A stretch of 64,000 bases of DNA. Source: Candidatus Omnitrophota bacterium (lineage in GTDB: Bacteria; Omnitrophota; Gorgyraeia; Zapsychrales; Fredricksoniimonadaceae). Made by a program: the position numbers and the translations under genes. Below, piece by piece: positions 1 through 9,188 of the stretch. Under the pieces are notes generated by a model, which made no database searches, was not told where the DNA came from, and worked only from the letters and a program-made list of their open reading frames with translations. Where the stretch lies: contig CAJARJ010000005.1 of NCBI GenBank assembly GCA_903944345.1, positions 7,890 through 71,889 of the forward strand, written 5' to 3'. How positions within the stretch are numbered: position 1 is the first letter of the stretch; every line of letters starts with the position of its first letter.

Positions 1-900
1 ATCGGCCCCGGAAAACCCTTTGATACAGACAAATTTTTTATTATCTGTTCCAATGTCCTGGGCAGTTGTAAAGGAACTACCGGCCCGGCCTCTGTTGATC
101 CGGCGACCGGGCATCCTTACGGCCTGACATTCCCTGTCATAACCATTCACGATATGGTTGCGCTGCAAAAAATGCTTGTTGATCACCTGGGGATCGAACG
201 CTTGCTTTGTGTTGCCGGCGGGTCTATGGGAGGAATGCAGGCGCTCACCTGGGCGGCAACTTATCCCGATGCAGTTGCTTCGGCTATTGTTATCGCCGCC
301 TGTCACCGGCATACGGCCCAGCAGATTGCTTTTCATGAAGTCGGACGTCAGGCCGTAATGTCTGACCCCGACTGGCAATCCGGAAATTATTACGGGCATT
401 CCATTCCCAAACGCGGGCTCGCTGTGGCCCGTATGATCGGACATATCACCTATATGAGCTGGTCATCGATGGATAAGAAATTTGGCCGTAATCTGGTCGG
501 CAAGAACGTGAGTTACAACTTTTCCAAAGAATTTCAGGTCGAAGGTTATCTGGAGCACAGAGGCCAGACTTTTGTCGACCGGTTTGATGCCAACAGTTAT
601 CTGTATCTGACCAAGGCCATGGATTATTTTGATCTGACCGCCGAGGGTCGCAAGCTGACGGATGTTCTTCGCAATGTGGCCCAGGATTTGCTGATTATCA
701 GTTTTCAATCTGACTGGCTGTACCCTTCTGATCAGTCCAGAGAAATGGTGCGAGCACTTAAAGCCAATGATACCGATGTTTCTTATATAGAGATTAAGTC
801 GGATTATGGCCATGACGCTTTTCTTATGGAATGTCCGGACCAGGCACGCGCTATAACCAATTACCTGGCCAAGGTTTCTTTCGAAAGGAGAGAAACATGA
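1..900 (+). CDS. metX: Homoserine O-acetyl/succinyltransferase (5'-partial)
   Basis: Frame open from base 1 (IGPGKPFDTDKFFIICSNVLGSCKGTTGP); GGSMGGMQ nucleophile elbow; YGHDAFL catalytic His. Confidence 0.95.
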   Translation: MGPGKPFDTDKFFIICSNVLGSCKGTTGPASVDPATGHPYGLTFPVITIHDMVALQKMLVDHLGIERLLCVAGGSMGGMQALTWAATYPDAVASAIVIAACHRHTAQQIAFHEVGRQAVMSDPDWQSGNYYGHSIPKRGLAVARMIGHITYMSWSSMDKKFGRNLVGKNVSYNFSKEFQVEGYLEHRGQTFVDRFDANSYLYLTKAMDYFDLTAEGRKLTDVLRNVAQDLLIISFQSDWLYPSDQSREMVRALKANDTDVSYIEIKSDYGHDAFLMECPDQARAITNYLAKVSFERRET

Positions 901-1481
901 TACGCCTGGATTACACTATCATTGCAGATATCATCCAACCCGGATCGCGGGTACTTGATCTGGGCTGCGGCAATGGAGAACTGCTGGCTTTGCTCAAACA
1001 ACAGAGGAATTGCCGCGGCACAGGAATAGAAATAGACGACCGTGCCGTTCTCAATGCTATGGAGCGAGGTGTTTCGGTGGCACACGGAGATCTGGATCGG
1101 GATCTGGATGTTTACGAAGATAAACGGTTTGATTATGTCATTCTCAACGAAAGCCTTCAGCAGGTTGTAAATATCGAAAAAGTTCTCGAGGATGCCCTGA
1201 GAATCGGCAGCAAAGTCATTGTGGGAATTCCTAATTTCTGCCATATCCGGGGTAGATTCCAGATATTTTTCAAAGGACAGGTTCCGGTCACTCCCAATCT
1301 GCCCTATAAATGGTACAATACCCCGAATCTGCGTTTCTTGAGCCTCAAGGATTTTCGTTTCTTCTGTCAGGAAAAGAGAATTACAATTGAGAAAGCTTGT
1401 TATATGTCTTCCGGGGAGAAAGTGCTTTGGCAATCCAATCTTTTTGCTGATTCCGGCATTTTTGTTCTTACCAAGGCCTGA
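897..1481 (+). CDS. metW: Methionine biosynthesis protein MetW (SAM-dependent methyltransferase fold)
   Basis: VLDLGCGNG motif, WYNTPNLRF; ATGA overlap with metX, RBS AAGGAG. Confidence 0.92.
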   Translation: MIRLDYTIIADIIQPGSRVLDLGCGNGELLALLKQQRNCRGTGIEIDDRAVLNAMERGVSVAHGDLDRDLDVYEDKRFDYVILNESLQQVVNIEKVLEDALRIGSKVIVGIPNFCHIRGRFQIFFKGQVPVTPNLPYKWYNTPNLRFLSLKDFRFFCQEKRITIEKACYMSSGEKVLWQSNLFADSGIFVLTKA

Positions 1482-1493
1482 TGTCCTTCTTTT

Positions 1494-2822
1494 ATGAACG
1501 AAACATTTTCAGTCAGCGAACTTAATCAGTTTCTCAAAGATATTCTTTCTGCCGGCATGCCGCGCTCTTTCTGGATCTGCGGAGAGGTGCAAGGGTATGA
1601 CCGCAATAAAGGCCGCCAGCATTTGTTCTTTGAGCTGGTTGAAAAAGATCCCCTCACTAACGAGATCAGGGCTCGGGCCAGCGCTGTCATATGGGGAGGG
1701 GTTCGTCAGAAAATCGAAACGGTGCTCAAACGTAGCGAGAATGCTTTTGAGATCAAAGATGATATCGAAATCCGTATCTTGTGCAAACTCGATTTATATG
1801 TCCCTCATGGCGCGATACGATTGATCGTTGAAAATATTGATCCAGTGCACACTTTGGGGAAAATTTCCCAGGATCGCCAGAAACTGATTGCCGAATTGAC
1901 TGCTTCCGGGATTCTGGAGAAAAACAAGGCACTTGCTTTCCCCCAGGTTCCCTTGCGCGTTGGACTGGTGACGGCCTATGATTCAGCGGCATATAATGAT
2001 TTTCTGGGTGAACTCAGAGGATCAGGTTTCAACTTTAAAGTGTTTTATGTCGGAGCCCTCATGCAAGGCAAAGGGTGCGAACCTTCGGTTTGCGCCGCAA
2101 TACAAACACTCAATCGAAAAAAGGACCTTGATGTCATAGTAGTTACAAGAGGAGGGGGATCAATAGCTGAACTCAGCTGTTTTGATTCAAAAGCTATTGC
2201 CCTTGCTGTTGCCGGATCTAGGTATCCTGTTCTTAGCGGGATCGGTCACGAAATCAATACCACTATTACCGACCTGGCTGCGCACACTTTTGTCAAAACA
2301 CCGACAGCTGCCGCCCAGTATCTTATTGCACAGGCAGCCGCCTTCGACCGGCTTGTTGATGAGCGCATGTCCAGCATCTGCCGCAGGGCAAATGAGTGTG
2401 TTAAAGATAATATGAACAGAGTCCGCAAGAATGCTTTTCGTCTTCAGCAGGCCTCTTCGCTCTTTTTTCGTGATATTCGCAGCAAGCATGTTCGCCTGGA
2501 AGAATTCTGTCGCAATCGTTCCGCATTACTGCTTCGGCAACAGGACGAGCATCTCGTACGCCTGTCCCTGCAGTTAAACAAGACAATTCATTTGCGATTG
2601 ACCAGTGCAGGAACTAAAATAGCAGCAATCGAAAAAATGATTGAACTGGCTTCTCCAATCAAGATTATGCGCAGAGGTTTTTCAATTGTACGTAACAAAA
2701 ACGGGCGGATCGTTCGGTCAATCCAGGACGCCCGCCAACAAGACATCTTGACTAACGAAGTTCCCGATGGCATTATCATCAGCCAGATTACCGGAGTCAG
2801 CAAGGAGATTGCCCGTGAATGA
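1494..2822 (+). CDS. xseA: Exodeoxyribonuclease VII large subunit
   Basis: SVSELN N-terminus, RGGGS, GIGHE, TPTAAA, RGFSIV motifs. Confidence 0.95.
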   Translation: MNETFSVSELNQFLKDILSAGMPRSFWICGEVQGYDRNKGRQHLFFELVEKDPLTNEIRARASAVIWGGVRQKIETVLKRSENAFEIKDDIEIRILCKLDLYVPHGAIRLIVENIDPVHTLGKISQDRQKLIAELTASGILEKNKALAFPQVPLRVGLVTAYDSAAYNDFLGELRGSGFNFKVFYVGALMQGKGCEPSVCAAIQTLNRKKDLDVIVVTRGGGSIAELSCFDSKAIALAVAGSRYPVLSGIGHEINTTITDLAAHTFVKTPTAAAQYLIAQAAAFDRLVDERMSSICRRANECVKDNMNRVRKNAFRLQQASSLFFRDIRSKHVRLEEFCRNRSALLLRQQDEHLVRLSLQLNKTIHLRLTSAGTKIAAIEKMIELASPIKIMRRGFSIVRNKNGRIVRSIQDARQQDILTNEVPDGIIISQITGVSKEIARE

Positions 2823-3018
2823 CATGAAATATTCCAAGGCCATGAACCGTCTTGAAGAAATCATGAAAGATATCGAGAACGAAGATGTTGATGTCGATGA
2901 AATTTCCCTCAAGGTCAAGGAGGCCGTAGCTTTGGTCAAACTTTGCAAGGAAAAGGTCCTCAAGGCCGAGATCGAGGTTAAAGAGGTAGTTGACGGTTTT
3001 GATAAGGATAATATCTGA
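2815..3018 (+). CDS. xseB: Exodeoxyribonuclease VII small subunit
   Basis: YSKAMNRLEEIMKDIE...LVKLCKEKVLKAE; GTG start 7 nt after AAGGAG; follows xseA. Confidence 0.9.
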   Translation: MNDMKYSKAMNRLEEIMKDIENEDVDVDEISLKVKEAVALVKLCKEKVLKAEIEVKEVVDGFDKDNI

Positions 3019-3031
3019 GAGGAGTTGATAT

Positions 3032-3301
3032 ATGTTTTGGTTCTGCGTTTTTATTGCAGTTATACTTACTGCCATCCTGGCTGTTCAGATTTACTGGGTG
3101 TTTGTAATGCAGAAAGCCCAGAAACAGTATCTGCAGGAAGCCAAAGAGAACGGACGACCGACCATGTGGGATGTTCGGGAGGTTCTTAAAGAAGGTGATC
3201 GTGATCTGGCTGTTCAGCTCTATTGCGAAATCTTCTCAATTGAGGACATCGAGCGCGCCCGTAAAGAAGTGGATGAACTCGGACGCAGTCTGAATCTCTG
3301 A
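3032..3301 (+). CDS. Small single-pass membrane protein with an L7/L12 C-terminal-like helical motif
   Basis: RBS GAGGAG; N-terminal hydrophobic helix; AVQLYCEIF...ERARKEVDEL. Confidence 0.65.
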   Translation: MFWFCVFIAVILTAILAVQIYWVFVMQKAQKQYLQEAKENGRPTMWDVREVLKEGDRDLAVQLYCEIFSIEDIERARKEVDELGRSLNL

Positions 3302-3303
3302 AT

Positions 3304-3618
3304 ATGTCGAAATGGCACACAGTCGCCTCAGTTGATTCAGTGGTTGACGGCAAAGGGATATCGGTTACTGTCCCTGGACGCCGTAAGCCTCTGGCTTTGT
3401 TTAAATCAGCAGGCCATTTCTATGCTGTCAATAACGAATGTCCACATGCGTACGCACCTTTGTCCGGTAGTTCGATAACTAACGGAATCATAACCTGCTG
3501 CTGGCACGGAGCGAAGTTCGACGCCCGTACCGGAAAACCACTGGATACCGCAGCCTATTCGGATTTGGCCACTTTTCCGGTGCGACTTTCCGGAAACGAT
3601 GTTCAGATAGAATTCTAG
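3304..3618 (+). CDS. Rieske [2Fe-2S] ferredoxin
   Basis: CPH-x16-CCWH Rieske motifs, GAKFDARTG. Confidence 0.9.
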   Translation: MSKWHTVASVDSVVDGKGISVTVPGRRKPLALFKSAGHFYAVNNECPHAYAPLSGSSITNGIITCCWHGAKFDARTGKPLDTAAYSDLATFPVRLSGNDVQIEF

Positions 3619-3655
3619 TCTGCTTTAATTTCACACAAGCAACCGGAGCCTTTTT

Positions 3656-4006
3656 ATGTCTGATTGTGTTTTCTGCAGGAATCTGCCCAAGATAATAGAA
3701 AATGATCTGGCTTATGCCATTTATGATATCAATCCGGTCTCGGACGGACATGCTTTGATTATTCCCAAAAGACACACCAGTGACATCTTTGAAGTTACAG
3801 CAGAAGAAAACACTGCAATGCAGGAACTTCTCGCACTCATGAGAGAACGTATTATTTCAAAGTATGCCCCGGATGGTTTTAATATCTGGAGCAATTTCGG
3901 TAAAGCCGCGGGGCAAGTGGTCATGCATACCCATATACATCTAATCCCTCGTTACAGTGGCAGGGTGCTGCATATCAAGGACCATCTCAAGGGCAATATC
4001 GAATAA
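3656..4006 (+). CDS. HIT family hydrolase
   Basis: CVFC N-terminus, HTHIHLIP histidine triad. Confidence 0.92.
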   Translation: MSDCVFCRNLPKIIENDLAYAIYDINPVSDGHALIIPKRHTSDIFEVTAEENTAMQELLALMRERIISKYAPDGFNIWSNFGKAAGQVVMHTHIHLIPRYSGRVLHIKDHLKGNIE

Positions 4007-4929
4007 TGAGTCTTACGCATTCCGGGGGTTTTGTTTTTATGAATGCAAAACAAACTGCAGGCTCCTGGTTTCTGGCAACTCGTCCTCAAACACTCTGGGC
4101 TTCAGCGTCTCCGGTCATTATCGGAACAGCCTTGGCCTATCGGGACGGCGGCTTTCATCTGTCATCTGCTCTTGCGGCGTTATGCGGGGCTTTACTGATC
4201 CAGATTGGCACTAATTTTGCCAACGATTATTTTGACACTCAGAACAAAATTGACCAGCCCGGAAGCCATGAGCCGATAAGAATCACCCAGGGAACGCTGC
4301 TTCCTGCAGCGACAATCAGACTGGCTTTTACTCTTGTTTTTCTGGCTGTTTTGCCATTTGCTTACTTTCTGACTTTGCGTGCCGGCTTGCCGATTCTCTT
4401 TCTTGGCATTATTTCGATCTTCTTTGGTTTCTTTTACAGTGCCGGGCCGCGTCCATTCTCACATCTTGGACTCGGGGATATTCTGGTTCTTGTCTTTTTC
4501 GGTCCGGTAGCAGTTGGCGCTACTTATTATTGTCAGGCTTTGACAATAAACGGCACTGTTTTTCTGGCAGGCTTGTCCTGCGGGTTTCTTTCAACCGCGA
4601 TCATGGTCGTAAATAATCTACGTGACATTAAAACCGACCGTCTGGCAGGGAAGATCACGCTTGCGGTCCGTTATGGGGAACGTTTTACGCGCTATGAGTA
4701 TGTTTTCTGCCTCCTGGCGGCCAGTGCGGTTGTTCCGCTTCTTATGGTGCTGTCCAAAGATGGCAGTTTCCTGAAACTTATACCGGCGGCCTTTATTTTT
4801 GCATGCATACCCCTGATTCACGATTTACATATGAGCAAAACGCCTGAAGATCTTAATATGGTTTTGTCCGCAACCGGACAAGTGCTTTCTGTTTTTACAC
4901 TCCTTTTTTCAATTCTATGGATACTATAA
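4006..4929 (+). CDS. menA: 1,4-dihydroxy-2-naphthoate polyprenyltransferase (alternative start 4039)
   Basis: RPQTL, NFANDYFD, VNNLRDIKTD...GKITLAV; multiple TM helices. Confidence 0.92.
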   Translation: MSLTHSGGFVFMNAKQTAGSWFLATRPQTLWASASPVIIGTALAYRDGGFHLSSALAALCGALLIQIGTNFANDYFDTQNKIDQPGSHEPIRITQGTLLPAATIRLAFTLVFLAVLPFAYFLTLRAGLPILFLGIISIFFGFFYSAGPRPFSHLGLGDILVLVFFGPVAVGATYYCQALTINGTVFLAGLSCGFLSTAIMVVNNLRDIKTDRLAGKITLAVRYGERFTRYEYVFCLLAASAVVPLLMVLSKDGSFLKLIPAAFIFACIPLIHDLHMSKTPEDLNMVLSATGQVLSVFTLLFSILWIL

Positions 4930-6017
4930 AAATTGTTGCTGTTAATCTCTACAATGTTTCCTGTGGCTTGCGTAAACCGTTTACGTCCCGCGGAGTGGTT
5001 ACCAGTCAGCGGCATTCCATTCTGGTTCAGTTTATAGGTGATAACGGGGAAATGGGCTTTGGTGAGGCATCACCCCTTGAGGGCTTCAGTCCAGAATCCC
5101 TGAAAAAGGCCCGCCATCAAATGAGCCTCCTAGCCAAAGAATGGAAGAATCGTAATGTCCCCTGTAAGGGCGAAGAGCTTGTTCTTTTTTTACGGTCGGC
5201 CTTTGACAGGACTGTTAACGCTTCCTCGGTCATTTTCGCCTTCGAATCTGCCGCCATAACAATGGTCGCCCGCTTCAAAAATGTTGCGCCTTGCGAAATT
5301 TTGCATGCCGGGAGCACCCGTTCCGTCCCTTCAGCCGGTCTTTTGCAAGGAAGTGTTAGTGAAGTGGTCGATGAGGCAAGACTCCTCAAGTCTCGTGGAT
5401 ATTCTGTCTTCAAACTGAAAGTCGGGTCAAGAAATATTCCTCTTGATGTCCAAAAAGTTGAAGAAACAAAGTTGGCTATCGGCCCTCAGGGACGGCTGCG
5501 ACTTGACGCGGATCGTTCCTGGCATTTTGACGAAGCTCTGCTATTTGCCCAAAACATTGGTAAGAACCAGATCGAGTTTATTGAAGATCCCTGTTTATCG
5601 CAAGATCAGTGGAACAGGTTTGTCCGTTTGTCTGATATCCCGGTTGCTGCCGATGAGTTTTTGTCCGGTACGGATAATTTGTCGCGGAAGAACATGGAAA
5701 CCATCCCGTACCTGATTATTAAACCCACTGTGTGCGGCGGAGTCATTGCTGCGTTACAGTTGATGAAAAAAGCTGCGCAGAACGGACAAAAAGTTATCAT
5801 CAGCTCTTCTTTTGAGTCGGGTGTAGGCTTAAGGATGCTGGCCAATCTGGGCTGTTTATCCGGTCAGGCGGCGGGTCTTGGCACCAGTGAATGGCTGCAA
5901 CAAGACATTCTTTCACAGCCGCTGGTTGCATCCGGGGGAATAATCACAGTCCCGGCGCTGGCTCTGAATGTTGACCTTTTTAGAACTGACATCAAGGCAT
6001 CTTTGGCTACTTTCTGA
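4917..6017 (+). CDS. menC: o-succinylbenzoate synthase (enolase superfamily)
   Basis: GEASPL, FKLKVG, RLDA, IEDP, AADE, IIKP, SSSFES; men context. Confidence 0.85.
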   Translation: MDTIKIVAVNLYNVSCGLRKPFTSRGVVTSQRHSILVQFIGDNGEMGFGEASPLEGFSPESLKKARHQMSLLAKEWKNRNVPCKGEELVLFLRSAFDRTVNASSVIFAFESAAITMVARFKNVAPCEILHAGSTRSVPSAGLLQGSVSEVVDEARLLKSRGYSVFKLKVGSRNIPLDVQKVEETKLAIGPQGRLRLDADRSWHFDEALLFAQNIGKNQIEFIEDPCLSQDQWNRFVRLSDIPVAADEFLSGTDNLSRKNMETIPYLIIKPTVCGGVIAALQLMKKAAQNGQKVIISSSFESGVGLRMLANLGCLSGQAAGLGTSEWLQQDILSQPLVASGGIITVPALALNVDLFRTDIKASLATF

Positions 6018-6895
6018 TGGATTGTCCTGTTGCCTTTCATGCCCGGGAGAATCCGGATCGTATCGCCCTTTTATGGGGAAAGCGCAGCCTTTCCTGGGGG
6101 AATCTCAATGACTATGTTCATGGGACTTGCAGGGCGCTGAAAGAAATCGGCGTCAGGCCCAACAACCGCTTCGCTGTTTTGTCTACCAACACCCTTGAAA
6201 CGATTATTATACTTCTTTCTGCCTGGCGGGCAGGCGCGTCTGTTCTGGTTCTTGATCCGGCCTTATCTTTGTCTATCGGACGAAAAATTCTTGACCAGTA
6301 TAAAATTGACCTGCTTTTTTCTGATACCAAAGATTATAAGGCCTTTTCAGGACAACGCCGGACAGTCATTCTCAACAAGGTTATTTGCAAACATAACGAT
6401 TTATTCCTTTCCCATAAATTGCCCGGTATTAATCCCGATTCCAGCGGTCTGCTGCTTGTTCGTAATGCCGCCCAGGAACTGGCTGCATACAACACGGTCG
6501 ATTATGGACAACTGTTTCATTGTGCCGAAGAAGATAATCAAAAGACTGCCTATGGATCCACAAAAATCTGGTTATTACCGTTCCCTTTGCATCATATATG
6601 GGGACAACGAATTCTTTTCAGAGGGCTGGCTGGCGGGGGAGCAATTGTTTTGCCGGAATTCGAGTCGGACTTTCTTAACGATCCCGCACAATTTTCCATA
6701 ACACTCGGATTCTATAAAATTACTCATATATTCTGCCCTTTAGTGCAGTTGGGTGAACTCGTTAGGAATTCGGCTGTTTTAGCTTCTTTACGCTGTCTGG
6801 ATGCCATTCTTGTTGAACAAGGATCGCCGGATTCCACGTTATTGGATAAAGCTTCCGGCCTTTCAATACCCTTAGTGGTCAGTATTAACGGATAG
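6017..6895 (+). CDS. Truncated, degenerate MenE-like AMP-binding protein (pseudoenzyme or decaying gene)
   Basis: ANL-family N-terminal part (PDRIAL, AWRAGA, WLLPFPLHHIWG); no TSGxTGxPK P-loop; ends where YGxTE is expected. Confidence 0.7.
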   Translation: MDCPVAFHARENPDRIALLWGKRSLSWGNLNDYVHGTCRALKEIGVRPNNRFAVLSTNTLETIIILLSAWRAGASVLVLDPALSLSIGRKILDQYKIDLLFSDTKDYKAFSGQRRTVILNKVICKHNDLFLSHKLPGINPDSSGLLLVRNAAQELAAYNTVDYGQLFHCAEEDNQKTAYGSTKIWLLPFPLHHIWGQRILFRGLAGGGAIVLPEFESDFLNDPAQFSITLGFYKITHIFCPLVQLGELVRNSAVLASLRCLDAILVEQGSPDSTLLDKASGLSIPLVVSING

Positions 6896-6947
6896 TTAGG
6901 CTATTTCTTTTGAAGATTGCTTGCAACCGCAGAGACTTATAAAGTTC

Positions 6948-6976
6948 TTGTCGCTTGCCTGTAGAGGGAATAGAAT
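6948..6976 (+). promoter_or_regulatory. Putative sigma70 promoter for thioesterase-sodA
   Basis: TTGTCG-N17-TAGAAT. Confidence 0.45.
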
Positions 6977-7014
6977 GTAATAGTTATCGGCTAATCCAAA
7001 ACTGAAAGTAAGAA

Positions 7015-7422
7015 ATGTTTATTTATTACACGCAGATCAGTCTTCATCATACAGACGCTTTTGGCAGGCTTTTTTTCGCCCGACAGTTTGACCTTGTTTA
7101 CGAGGCTAAAGAGAAACTTTTCGAACAAATCGGCCTTTCTGTGCCATATATGCTGGCCCTTAAAGAACTGGACTTCCCGCTAGTCCATGCCGAGTCGGAT
7201 TATAAGGCTGTTCTTTTGCCAGGAGACAAGATCACCATAGATGTTAACATTGATAAGATCGGTGAGACATCGGTGATTTTTTCGTATCTCATCAAAAAAG
7301 CTGACGGGACCATAGCCGGCACAGCCAAAACAGTCAATGTTTGTGTCAATAAACAAACAAACCAGAAAGCCCGGGTCCCCGAACTGTGGAGAGAGAAACT
7401 TCTCTCTCAAGCCCTGTTGTAA
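7015..7422 (+). CDS. 4HBT/hotdog acyl-CoA thioesterase (possible DHNA-CoA thioesterase)
   Basis: HTDAFGRLFF, PLVHAESDY; next to men genes. Confidence 0.8.
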   Translation: MFIYYTQISLHHTDAFGRLFFARQFDLVYEAKEKLFEQIGLSVPYMLALKELDFPLVHAESDYKAVLLPGDKITIDVNIDKIGETSVIFSYLIKKADGTIAGTAKTVNVCVNKQTNQKARVPELWREKLLSQALL

Positions 7423-7487
7423 GTATTCTCGTTTCCATACGACCAACAGTAAAATTCACATCACACTATCAATCGTGGAGGACGTAT

Positions 7488-8135
7488 ATGTCTTACAAAT
7501 TGCCCCAGTTAAAATATTCTTACGACGCACTCGAACCTTTCATTGATGCCAAGACTATGGAAACTCATCACTCCAAACATCATCAGACCTATGTTGACCG
7601 CTTTAATGCGGCTATTGCCGGAAAACCTGATCTTGAGAAGATTGACGGTGAAACTCTGATTGCCAATATTGACCAGGTTCCTGAAGACATTCGTACTGCA
7701 GTGCGTAACAACGGTGGCGGTGCGGTCAACCATACTTTCTATTGGGATATTATTGCCCCCAAAGCAGGAGGAGAACCCCAGGGACATATTGGCGATGCTA
7801 TTAACACATTATTCGGCTCTTTCGCCGGATTCAAAGCCAAGTTTTCTGATGCTGCGGTGACACAGTTTGGCTCCGGATGGGCCTGGCTGGTTTCAGCCAA
7901 AGACGGCAAGTTGGAAATTGTAAAGACGGCCAATCAGGACACCCCCTTATCCTCAGGGAAAAAACCGCTTCTGGCAATAGATGTATGGGAACACGCCTAT
8001 TATTTGAAATATCAAAATCGTCGCCCTGAATATGTAGAAGCATTTTTCAATGTTATTAATTGGCGACGGGTAGATGAATTGTATACTTTTGCTAAAAATA
8101 GCAGCAAGCCATCTTGCGGCTGTTCCTGTTGCTAA
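7488..8135 (+). CDS. sodA: Mn/Fe superoxide dismutase with Cys-rich C-terminal tail
   Basis: HHSKHHQTY, NNGGG..NH, FGSGWAWL, NQD, DVWEHAYY; RBS GGAGG. Confidence 0.95.
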   Translation: MSYKLPQLKYSYDALEPFIDAKTMETHHSKHHQTYVDRFNAAIAGKPDLEKIDGETLIANIDQVPEDIRTAVRNNGGGAVNHTFYWDIIAPKAGGEPQGHIGDAINTLFGSFAGFKAKFSDAAVTQFGSGWAWLVSAKDGKLEIVKTANQDTPLSSGKKPLLAIDVWEHAYYLKYQNRRPEYVEAFFNVINWRRVDELYTFAKNSSKPSCGCSCC

Positions 8136-8216
8136 ATATGGAGTGTGAATGTAATATGTGTCTTTTAATAAAACTCTGTTTTGAATTCTGATAACTATAA
8201 TATCCTCAGGATTCTC

Positions 8217-8250
8217 AAGAAAAAGCGGTTTAATCCGCTTTTTCTTTTTT
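8217..8250 (+). terminator. Intrinsic terminator after sodA (possibly bidirectional)
   Basis: AAGAAAAAGCGG-tttaat-CCGCTTTTTCTT followed by a T run. Confidence 0.75.
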
Positions 8251-8293
8251 CTGGTATCTTTAACAATAATATTTCGCAGGAAAGACTTTATTA

Positions 8294-9001
8294 ATGATGA
8301 AATCATGGAAAATCCCCGCACGGTATCAACCCAAGGGATTCAAAATAATTTATGAGGACGCCGATCTTATTGTAGGCGAAAAGTCGCCGGGTATACTGAC
8401 TGTCGCGGCAGCATGGGAACGAGTGAACACCGTTCATCACGCTTTGAATCTTTACGTGCGTAAAGGCAACTCCAGATCACGCAAATCGGTTTTTGTTGTT
8501 CATCGCCTGGATCAGGCGACTTCCGGGTTGCTGATCTTTGCTAAAAGTGAAGCCGTCTGCCAGAAACTTAAGAGCGAATGGAAGAATGTGCGTAAAACAT
8601 ATTTCACGGTCGTACATGGCCGGCTTAACGTCCTTTCCGGAGAGATATCAAGCTTTCTTCAGGAAGATGAGGATTACATGGTGCATGTAACCGATCAGGA
8701 TGATAAAGCTAAATTTGCTATTACAAGATACACTGTTGTCGCGTCTGCTCATTTATTCAGCCTGCTCAAGATTGATCTGGTGACGGGCAGAAAGAATCAA
8801 ATCCGGGTGCACATGGCCTCGGAAGGCCATCCTGTTGTGGGTGACGGGAAATACGGCCCGGCGCAAAAGAAACATTCGCGACTGGCCCTGCATTCGCAAG
8901 CCTTAGCGTTCAATCATCCGGTAACTGGTGAACCCATGCTTTTCGATTCCGCTGTTCCGGCATATTTTTATCAATTGGTTCCAGCGAATTTGCTCCCTTA
9001 A
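8294..9001 (+). CDS. RluA-family pseudouridine synthase
   Basis: VHRLDQATSG, TGRKNQIRVH, GHPVVGD.KYG, RLALH. Confidence 0.93.
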   Translation: MMKSWKIPARYQPKGFKIIYEDADLIVGEKSPGILTVAAAWERVNTVHHALNLYVRKGNSRSRKSVFVVHRLDQATSGLLIFAKSEAVCQKLKSEWKNVRKTYFTVVHGRLNVLSGEISSFLQEDEDYMVHVTDQDDKAKFAITRYTVVASAHLFSLLKIDLVTGRKNQIRVHMASEGHPVVGDGKYGPAQKKHSRLALHSQALAFNHPVTGEPMLFDSAVPAYFYQLVPANLLP

Positions 9002-9188
9002 TTGAAAAGTTTTTTAAAAAACTTTCTTTTTATTGTATTGTGTTATAATTGTAACAAATTTTTAAAAGGCTATGTGTTGAGCTCAGGAAGGTGAGGGAAG
9101 GGATAAACAGCCACGCATACCAACAAAGTTTTTGCTAAGTTACCAGGTGCCTAATTTGGGCACAATTATACTAAACAGGAGAGACAGG

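Noticed and set aside
7386-7487. N-terminal extensions in the ORF track for sodA (also metW, recA, nnrD, atpB, pdxA)
   Set aside because: Downstream ATGs fit the family N-termini, most with an RBS; the extensions overlap upstream genes or promoter/leader regions
9041-9056. 16-bp TGTT...AACA palindrome as parS or GlnR/TnrA box
   Set aside because: Lacks the CACGTG core of parS; spacer is N6, not the N7 of GlnR/TnrA
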